A DNA stretch of 64,000 nucleotides from Mesorhizobium sp. GTDB taxonomy: Bacteria; Pseudomonadota; Alphaproteobacteria; Rhizobiales; Rhizobiaceae. Below are positions 46,162-53,289 of the stretch, piece by piece. The DNA lies in contig JAEULZ010000016.1 of NCBI GenBank assembly GCA_016793485.1, positions 155,837 through 219,836 of the forward strand, in the 5' to 3' direction. The notes under the pieces were generated by a model. That model ran no database searches, was not told the DNA's origin, and worked only from the letters and a program-made list of their open reading frames with translations. Every line of letters begins with the position of its first letter. Position 1 is the stretch's first letter. A program made the translations under genes and the position numbers.

Positions 46162-46571
46162 GTCCGACGCCCTCCGTTCCACCGCTGATAGACCGCCGTC
46201 GCGTCGATGGAGTCGACGCGGTTCAAGGGCGGTAGGTCGTCGGCGTCTGGACCGTCGTCCGCGACCTCTACGGGCTTAGGGGCGTCATCCCTACGGCGCG
46301 CGGCCGGGGCGGCGCTCTTGCGCTTCTGGCGGCTCCAGAAATCAGACGTTGCATCCGCGATGGTGCGAGGCTTGTCGGCCATCGCGGTAATGCCAAGCGC
46401 GGCACGTGCCACGGCCGGGTCCGCTTCCTTCTGTTCGATGGTGTCGAAATAGACCGGGTCGATAGCGGCATACTCCTCGAACCGACCTTCAATGAGGTGT
46501 TCGAGGGCTTCCAAGGTGCGGCCAACAACGTAGCGCTGACCGGCGTTCATCTGCATTGCAAAGGCTGTCAT
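46158..46571 (-). CDS. hypothetical protein
   Basis: MTAFAM start; first of three coupled ORFs. Confidence 0.55.
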   Translation of the reverse strand: MTAFAMQMNAGQRYVVGRTLEALEHLIEGRFEEYAAIDPVYFDTIEQKEADPAVARAALGITAMADKPRTIADATSDFWSRQKRKSAAPAARRRDDAPKPVEVADDGPDADDLPPLNRVDSIDATAVYQRWNGGRRT

Positions 46572-46808
46572 TGTCTTGTCCTGTGCTCGGTGCGCCGCCA
46601 CGGGCGCGGGTTAATCTGTCGTGAAGCCCCCGACCAACGCACCGAGCGCCGGCCGGGAAGCCTCTAGGGAAGCCCGGCGAGTTCCCGCACGCCGAGCTAG
46701 GAGACCCCGTCGCCGGGGATAGGTTGCCGCCCCGCCCGAGCGGCGGTGGGCGGAGCGGCGTTCAGGCGCACGGGAAAGGGAACGGAGAAACCCATGCGCC
46801 TGATAGGG

Positions 46809-47792
46809 TCATGCCTTGAGCGGTTCGACTCCGAGGATGACGTGGGCCAGCGTCTCCGGCCGAAAGAACACGGAGTCGTCGCCGCGCTCCAATGCCGACC
46901 AGATGGACGCGACTTCCCGGCGCTCGGCCGATGCGACCTCACGGACCAGCTTCGCAATCTGCTTACGCTGTTCCTCCAGCGGGCCGACATATTCCTCGGG
47001 AATGCCGGCGTAATAGGCGTCAAGGTCGGCCGTGATATCGGCAATAACCTGATCGCGATTGTACCGGGCCATGAGGCCGACCACGTCGGGGACGCGGACC
47101 TTGTTGCCGGCCGATACGCCCGCCACGCCCGACAACGCCAGCGTGGGGAAGGAGACCGAACCGTCTGCACCGACGCCGAACTTGCCAGCCTTACGGTCAA
47201 TCTCGTTGACGAGGGCGGTCAGGCGGTCAACCCTCGGCAAACGCCATTCGGTTTTCAGGAGCCGGATTTCACGGGCACCCGACGCCACCTGTTCGCGCTC
47301 CTCCAGCGGATAGGGAGAATACTTTGCCGGTTCGGCCGTGGGCCTGAACGGCACAAGCGCCCCGTCCACCCAATGCTCTTGGATTTCGCGCGCAATGTTG
47401 TTCCAGACGTTGACCACGCTTATGCGCCGGGCAATGACTTTCCCGAGGCTCTCGCCGGTCGCTTCCACGGCCGAATATTTGCGCCGACGCACCGCCGAGA
47501 AGTCCTCCAGCACTTTAGCGGCGTCGGCGTGTCGCGGATCATGCGGATTGCGCGCGGCGGCGGCGGCGTTGTCCTCGTCGGTCTTCGCGCCGCTCCACTC
47601 TTCGCGGGCGCGGTCGTCTTCGGCGTGAGCGCCTTGGACCTTGGCGTTCTCCCGCGTCACCTGATCGTGGAGCGCCGTGGAGCGAACGCGCACCGGGTCG
47701 GACGGATCAAGCGCGAAAAATGCCTTGTTGAAACGGTCACCACCGTGGGGGTCTAGCCCACGCGGTTGCGCGGCGTTGTCATAGGGATTCAT
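46809..47792 (-). CDS. hypothetical protein, helical/coiled-coil
   Basis: 327 aa from MNPYDN; starts 3 nt after alpA stop. Confidence 0.65.
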   Translation of the reverse strand: MNPYDNAAQPRGLDPHGGDRFNKAFFALDPSDPVRVRSTALHDQVTRENAKVQGAHAEDDRAREEWSGAKTDEDNAAAAARNPHDPRHADAAKVLEDFSAVRRRKYSAVEATGESLGKVIARRISVVNVWNNIAREIQEHWVDGALVPFRPTAEPAKYSPYPLEEREQVASGAREIRLLKTEWRLPRVDRLTALVNEIDRKAGKFGVGADGSVSFPTLALSGVAGVSAGNKVRVPDVVGLMARYNRDQVIADITADLDAYYAGIPEEYVGPLEEQRKQIAKLVREVASAERREVASIWSALERGDDSVFFRPETLAHVILGVEPLKA

Positions 47793-47794
47793 TG

Positions 47795-48013
47795 TCAGAT
47801 TTCCTTGGTTCGGGTTGGAAGATTGCGCAGATACGCGTCGATTTCCGATGCCCGCCAAGCAATGATGCGCGCGCCGACTCTGACCGGCGCGGGGAAGCCC
47901 GACTTGTCGTCTTCCATGCGCCGACGAATTGTCGATTCGCTGACCGCAACGCGCCTGACTACTTCGTCAATCCGTAGCAGGCGCTCGTGGTTGTCTGTCG
48001 TGTTTGCGTTCAT
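47795..48013 (-). CDS. alpA: AlpA-family regulator
   Basis: LLRIDEVVRRVAVSESTIRRRM...FPAPVRVGARIIAWRASEIDAYL. Confidence 0.9.
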   Translation of the reverse strand: MNANTTDNHERLLRIDEVVRRVAVSESTIRRRMEDDKSGFPAPVRVGARIIAWRASEIDAYLRNLPTRTKEI

Positions 48014-48122
48014 TGCTTGGCGTCCATCTGAATAGACGGCAACTAAGCTCGCAAAGCACAGTAATTGAAGGACGAAACTGCCAAACGGCAAAATAGACCG
48101 AAATGACTTTGCAGTCTTTTTC

Positions 48123-49601
48123 CTACAGCTTGGCCTCTATTGCCGCATAGGCCAAACGCCTGACCGCTGCAATCCAGTCAGTCCGGCGCGTCCAAGTGCT
48201 GACGGTCTCCGGCGTCACGCCGGCCTGTTTTCGGATGCGTTCGACGCGCTCCGAAAGCTTTTTGCGCGCGGCGAGCTTGACGCTCTTCCGGCGCTCGGCG
48301 TGCTTGATGTTCTCCGGGCGTTTGTCCCATTCGCTGTCACCCGGCATATCGTCCTTGTGACAGTCCGCTATCCACCCGACGAAGGACTGTAGCGCCTGCT
48401 TGTGCCATTGCGGCGATAGCGGGTCGGGCGCGGGGTCTTTGAACTCGGAGGCGAAGTGGGTAGCTACGCCAAGAAGCCATTGCGCCTCGGCGTCCACCTC
48501 ACCTTGGCGCGCCCATGTCGCAACGTCGTCCGCGATGATACGCGCATGGTGGGCGAGCGCCCGGCGATATGCGGTCAGGTTTTCGATTCCCGAAGTCGTC
48601 GGAGTCTTCGTTTCGCGCTCCACCACTTCGTGGTGCAATCCGCCCTTGCCATCGTCCAGCATCAACACGCGGGCAACGGACCAGACAACGCCACGCGGAA
48701 CCGGGAGGCCGTGCTGATCGAACCACAAGACCACGTCGAACAGGTTGCATCGTAGCGGGCGCGTCGGGTCATCCTTGGCGCTCTTCGCCTTTACGTAGGT
48801 GGTGGCGCGTAGGCGTTCGACCTCGTCGGCAATCGCGAGCGCGTGGGCTATCACTGACCGGATGGCATTCTCGCGGTCGGCCTCCCAACGGTCCCGCTCT
48901 ATCTCGCGGGCGTCTTCCTTATCTTCGTGGGCGTCAACGGCTTCGCGGTGCCCGGTCCAATCTCCCGCCGCGCGTGCCTTCGCAATGGCGTCCAGTTCAC
49001 GCCGCAACGCCCTAGCGTCCACCACGGGCGGAGGAGCCGCCAGCGCCGCCGTGGCGTCGGGGAACGGGTCGGCCGGGTCCTCCAGCTTCAAGTCATTCTG
49101 AATCGTCCGCGCGGACACGCCAAGCGCATGGGCGATGGTGGCCACGTCGGCCGTGGCGCGCATAGCCTTGGCGCGCGGTGCGCGCAAAACGGTGTCCGCG
49201 TGCTTGCTGATCGACATTGCGCGGCCGAGCGCCCGCATGACCTCATACGGTTGCCGCATGTCGTTCGCGGCGTGGAAGGCGAAAAGGCGATAGGCTTCCA
49301 CCGGCAAGGCAAGTGCGCGTTGCGGCAACGCCATGACCTCCAGCGCCGACATGCACGCGGCTCCGGGGCGAAGCGTGTTGCGCGGCCTGTCCGTGTCCAG
49401 CGCGGCGGCGCGGCGCTCTTCCACATGGGCGGCGTTCAGCTTCGCAAAGGCTTCACGCTTGCCGGCGTGGTAGTCGTGAAGGAAAGCGAGTTCACCGTCC
49501 GCATAGAGCGCGCGGCTAGTCGTGTCACGGCCACGCCCGGCGCGGCGATGCTGCAACGCTTCAAGCTCTTCGTCCGTGAGACTGTTTTCCGTCAAGTTCA
49601 T
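48123..49601 (-). CDS. large hypothetical protein with HTH and coiled coil
   Basis: 492 aa; VATIAHALGVSARTIQNDL followed by charged helical segment. Confidence 0.7.
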   Translation of the reverse strand: MNLTENSLTDEELEALQHRRAGRGRDTTSRALYADGELAFLHDYHAGKREAFAKLNAAHVEERRAAALDTDRPRNTLRPGAACMSALEVMALPQRALALPVEAYRLFAFHAANDMRQPYEVMRALGRAMSISKHADTVLRAPRAKAMRATADVATIAHALGVSARTIQNDLKLEDPADPFPDATAALAAPPPVVDARALRRELDAIAKARAAGDWTGHREAVDAHEDKEDAREIERDRWEADRENAIRSVIAHALAIADEVERLRATTYVKAKSAKDDPTRPLRCNLFDVVLWFDQHGLPVPRGVVWSVARVLMLDDGKGGLHHEVVERETKTPTTSGIENLTAYRRALAHHARIIADDVATWARQGEVDAEAQWLLGVATHFASEFKDPAPDPLSPQWHKQALQSFVGWIADCHKDDMPGDSEWDKRPENIKHAERRKSVKLAARKKLSERVERIRKQAGVTPETVSTWTRRTDWIAAVRRLAYAAIEAKL

Positions 49602-49662
49602 CGCCAGATAATAACTCGGAACCGGGCGGAATTACAGCGCATGGACTTGGCGTTGCTGCCAC

Positions 49663-49899
49663 ATGGTCCAGCGCGTTGCGGGGGCGAATGTCCGGCGTTG
49701 GGTTTTACAGGCGGGCCGGGCCAATGAGGCGCTGGACTGTAGGGTGTACGCCTATGCGGCGTTGCACGGCATGTACCATACGCGCCGGCTCAAGCTGGAG
49801 CGTCAGGCCCAAGCGCTCGCGGAGCTTATCGAACTGGCGCGCGCCAAGGTGAAGCCGGAACCGGTGCGCGGGCGGCGGATACGGGGGCGGATGCTATGA
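49663..49899 (+). pseudogene. C-terminal remnant of lambda gpA-type terminase large subunit
   Basis: W...ANEALDCRVYAYAAL nuclease-domain motif; no upstream ATPase region, no SD. Confidence 0.8.
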
Positions 49900-49973
49900 C
49901 TCTATTGCTTGGCGTGACAGTCGTTCTTTTCGCGCTGGCCGTGGTGTTGCTTTTGAGCCTCCTTTGGGAGTGA
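49896..49973 (+). CDS. 25-aa hydrophobic micropeptide (below ORF-track cutoff)
   Basis: MTLLLGVTVVLFALAVVLLLSLLWE; ATG overlaps the terL-remnant TGA. Confidence 0.4.
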   Translation: MTLLLGVTVVLFALAVVLLLSLLWE

Positions 49974-50103
49974 CTAAGGGAAAGAGTTCTGTCGGAAATC
50001 CGACAAAACTAAAGCAAGCGCGGTTTTCGACCGAAAAGCCCTTTGCTAAAGATTGGACCGATGGCGAAAAATGCCCGTCTCCGCAAAAGACTAGGAGACA
50101 GCA

Positions 50104-50322
50104 ATGGCCACGGCCGACGAACTGAACGCCCAATTGACTGCCCTCAAGAAGGCCCGCGCCTCGGGCGCATTGGTCATCCGGCACGGAGACACGCAAGTGA
50201 CCTACCGTTCCATTGCGGAACTCCAGAAGGCCATTGACGCAATCCAGAATGAGCTTGACGCGCTGACCGGCAAGCGGAAGCGCGGCCCGCGCTACGTCAG
50301 ACAGGACAGGAGGGGGCTTTGA
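50104..50322 (+). CDS. gpW-like head completion protein
   Basis: LTALKKARASGALVIRHGDTQVTYRSIAELQKAI; SD AGGAG; between terL and portal remnants. Confidence 0.8.
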   Translation: MATADELNAQLTALKKARASGALVIRHGDTQVTYRSIAELQKAIDAIQNELDALTGKRKRGPRYVRQDRRGL

Positions 50323-50699
50323 ACAGCTTCGTGACGCGCACCGCGCAACGGGTCTTCGCCCGGTTCTTCGGCCCGGCCGGACAGAACGAGCGCTTTGAGG
50401 GTGGCAACCCGGCCGGCCGTCGTCTGGCCTCTATCCCCTCCAATTCACTGGCCATCAACACCCTGATTCGTACCTACGGCAAAACGGTGCTTGGCCGGAG
50501 CCGTTACCTTTGCACGAACAACCCCTATGCGGTGTCCGCCAAGGAACAGTGGATAGCGTCCTTGGCCGGCTCCAGTTTCGCCGGATTTCCGGCGAAACTC
50601 CCGACAACGAAAAGGGGCCAACGGACCCCCTTCCTGAAACGATGCGGAGCGCGGTCTATTCGGTCGGCGCGGCCCCCTCCACCTTGGGCACGGTGGTGA
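50319..50699 (+). pseudogene. 5' fragment of lambda-family portal gene
   Basis: FEGG...GRRL...GRSRYLCTNNPYA; similarity ends ~50573, after which the frame runs into the integrase 3' end. Confidence 0.75.
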
Positions 50700-51915
50700 C
50701 GTAGGTTGTCCATGCGTCCATGTATGTGCGTCGGCCTTCCGGGTCGGGGTCGTCGTGGTGATATGCCCTTTCGGTCTTGGTGCCGATCACATGGGCGAGC
50801 GATTCCTCCGCAAGGTCCCATGGCATTTTCGCTTCCTTGCGTGCCCATATGCGGAAAGCGGACCTGAAACCGTGGGGCGTGATGTGCCCGAGCTTCATGC
50901 GCCGTAGCAGCATGGCAAAGGCCATGCCGGACAGCGGGCGATCTTTCTTCTGACCGGGGAATACGTAGTCGGAAAGCTTGGCGGCGCTACGGTCCCGAAC
51001 GATCTGCACCGCACGGGGCGAAAGCGGGACTATGTGTTGCCGGTTGGCTTTCATCCTGTGCGCTGGAATAGTCCAGAGTGCCTTGTCCAAATCGAACTCG
51101 GACCACGTCGCCCCGAAGACCTCACCGGAGCGGGAGGCCGTGAGGATAAGGAACTCCAGCGCGCGCGCCGCCATTGCCTCCGCGCCCTGTAGGCGCTTCA
51201 CGAAAGCCGGAACGTCTTTGTATTCCATCGCCGCATGGTGTTGAGCTTCCGGGCGCTTCCCGAGTGCGTTTTTCAGTCCCGACCACTTGGCCGGGTTGTC
51301 ACCTTTGCGCCATTCCTGTGTGGTCGCATAGGCGAGGACGTTTTCGATGCGCCCTTGAATCCGGGAAGCGGTCTCGGCCTTCGAGTCCCAAATGGGCATG
51401 AGAATGGCAAGCACGTCCTTCTGACTAACGTCCGATACGCGCTTGGCGCGTATGCTGGAGCAGTACGCGTCCCCGAGCGTCATCTTCCATTGCGCCCGGT
51501 GCTTTTCGTTCCGCCACTCCTTGGCAATGGGCGACTCGGTCAGGAACGAGTCGACCGCCTCCGCGAACGTGGGAATAGCCTTGTCCTTGTCGCGCTCGGC
51601 TATGGGGTCCAGCCCCTCCGCAATCGCGGTGCGCGCGGCGGATGCTTTCTCACGGGCAGACGCAAGGCTGATAGCCGGATAGGGGCCGAGACCCATTTCG
51701 CGGCGCTTGCCACCGTTGGGCACCCACATGAACACCCAATTCTTGGAACCGGGCTTGCGAGGGGCCTTCAGGTCGTCCGTGGGCGCTTTGCTGGAGGGCC
51801 AAACGACTAGGTACAGCCCGCCGCCGTCCGAATGCCTGCCCGGCCCTTTGGACTGGACGGCCTTGTCCGTCAGCTTGTTAAGGGTGTGCGGACCCGCCTT
51901 CTTGTGCTTGCCCAT
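50656..51915 (-). CDS. P4-type tyrosine integrase of element 2
   Basis: DGGGLYL, EMGLGPYP, LTASRSGE, HGFRSAFR, SLAH, AYHH; many blocks shared with integrase 1. Confidence 0.96.
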   Translation of the reverse strand: MGKHKKAGPHTLNKLTDKAVQSKGPGRHSDGGGLYLVVWPSSKAPTDDLKAPRKPGSKNWVFMWVPNGGKRREMGLGPYPAISLASAREKASAARTAIAEGLDPIAERDKDKAIPTFAEAVDSFLTESPIAKEWRNEKHRAQWKMTLGDAYCSSIRAKRVSDVSQKDVLAILMPIWDSKAETASRIQGRIENVLAYATTQEWRKGDNPAKWSGLKNALGKRPEAQHHAAMEYKDVPAFVKRLQGAEAMAARALEFLILTASRSGEVFGATWSEFDLDKALWTIPAHRMKANRQHIVPLSPRAVQIVRDRSAAKLSDYVFPGQKKDRPLSGMAFAMLLRRMKLGHITPHGFRSAFRIWARKEAKMPWDLAEESLAHVIGTKTERAYHHDDPDPEGRRTYMDAWTTYVTTVPKVEGAAPTE

Positions 51916-51916
51916 G

Positions 51917-52114
51917 TCATACTCCCCCGAAGATATTGCGCCGGGCGCGCGCCACGGCTTCCACGTGGTGGCGTGTGTAGAGCCGGCGAAGACCGAGCGG
52001 CGTGGTCATGTAGCATTCCCCGCGCACGATGCGGATTGAAGCCTTTGCGACCTGATACTCGCGCCAGTTATGCCCGTGGGCTTTCAAGATGCGGTTAAGG
52101 AGCGCGCGCATCAA
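51917..52114 (-). CDS. small hypothetical protein
   Basis: 65 aa; stop 1 nt before integrase start. Confidence 0.5.
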   Translation of the reverse strand: MMRALLNRILKAHGHNWREYQVAKASIRIVRGECYMTTPLGLRRLYTRHHVEAVARARRNIFGGV

Positions 52115-52389
52115 ATCGCCTCCCGGCCGAAGATGCGCTCGGCTCCGTGGACGGTTTCGCGGCCGGCGTTCTTGCCGGTGAGGGTCAGGACGACTTGCGC
52201 GTTCGATACCGGGACGCGGGCGACAAGGCGCGACGTGCCATCGAAGCGCACGACAAGCGCGGCGGCGGCGCGGCGACGGCCCTCAAACGAAAACCGGATT
52301 GAGCCGCGAATGATGGTGCCGCTTGCGGTGGCCAGCGCTTCGCCGGACGCCTCGAAGGTAGACGGGTCGATAAGGGTTGAAACGGTCAT
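52111..52389 (-). CDS. small hypothetical protein
   Basis: 92 aa; SD GGAGG; ATGA overlap with next ORF. Confidence 0.55.
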   Translation of the reverse strand: MTVSTLIDPSTFEASGEALATASGTIIRGSIRFSFEGRRRAAAALVVRFDGTSRLVARVPVSNAQVVLTLTGKNAGRETVHGAERIFGREAI

Positions 52390-52424
52390 AAGTCATTGCC
52401 TCCGTGTTGAACGAAGGCTGACGG

Positions 52425-52553
52425 CTACCCCCCTTTTCACCCCATTTTCAAATTGGGTATCAGTGGTATCTAGTGACGGCTTGTGACAGGATAATGTGGC
52501 CCAAAGCCTTGCAAATCAAGGGCTTTTGAAAACTCATGACGGCCACTTACGGC
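52425..52553 (+). repeat. att arm of element 2: arm doublet plus phased repeats
   Basis: TACCCCCCTTTTCACCCCATTT (52426) resembles TACCCCACTTCTTATCCCAAAT (38281), 16/22; TGAC(G/A)G pairs at 52474/52484 and 52537/52547. Confidence 0.65.
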
Positions 52554-52566
52554 TTAGTGTGAAGGA

Positions 52567-52580
52567 CTCCTTCTCCGCCA
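52567..52580 (+). repeat. att core copy 3 (outer boundary)
   Basis: CTCCTTCTCCGCCA. Confidence 0.93.
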
Positions 52581-52706
52581 GTCTTCTCGCCCTTCCCGCC
52601 TTAGCTTTGTCCAGTTTTCTTGCCTCCGGTTGAGGATCCGCGTTTGGAGGCAACGGAGAGTTGGGTCCGTCACGTGGCGCGCCTGCTCCGATGGCTTCCG
52701 GTGCAT

Positions 52707-53285
52707 TCAGTCGATTGCGGCCACAGCCTTTTCAAGTCCGAAGAGAGGGGCTCGCAAGTGAATGGGCTCGTGCGCCGTATACTCGATCACGACCGGCTCA
52801 CCGCGTCTAATTTCGTCACGCAGCCTTGGGCCGAGCGAGATCGTGGCGACGCAGATCTGGGCGTCGCATCCATTGACTCGAACCTTGATGGACGGCCCCT
52901 TTGAAAGCTTGAGAAGTATACTGCCGGACGGACCAATACTGGATGGCGCACGCAGTATGAAAGCCGGGTTGCCCGCCTGCGTCGCGGCAAGTGACCAACT
53001 GAAGACCGTCGCCCCTGCCCCATCGACGAAGCTTTGCGTCACGTTGCATATTTTCGTGCGCGCCTTGAGGTTTTCGTCGCACACGAGCGTCCAGTTGGCG
53101 AAAGGCTGAAAAGTGCGCCGGACCTCCCCTAGCGATGCGCCACCAGGGATTGCGATGTCGGGCGGCTTGACGCGATAGGACATTTCCTCGGCGGAGGCTT
53201 CGGCAGGCATGGCGTCGGCGAACGACGCGAGCAACGGTATCAGCAGGATCGCGCGGGTTACTCCTTCATGCAGCGCCCGGCCCAT
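52707..53285 (-). CDS. invasion-associated locus B (IalB) family protein
   Basis: signal peptide; FANWTLVCDE...ICNVTQSF; CDAQIC; start at 53285 uncertain. Confidence 0.75.
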   Translation of the reverse strand: MGRALHEGVTRAILLIPLLASFADAMPAEASAEEMSYRVKPPDIAIPGGASLGEVRRTFQPFANWTLVCDENLKARTKICNVTQSFVDGAGATVFSWSLAATQAGNPAFILRAPSSIGPSGSILLKLSKGPSIKVRVNGCDAQICVATISLGPRLRDEIRRGEPVVIEYTAHEPIHLRAPLFGLEKAVAAID

Positions 53286-53289
53286 GATC

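Larger units (their letters stand above)
38226..52580. mobile_element. integrated element 2, PICI/P4-like satellite with ars cargo, ~14.4 kb
   Basis: att-flanked; integrase, AlpA, primase-helicase, lambda-like cos, head-gene remnants, ars genes. Confidence 0.88.
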
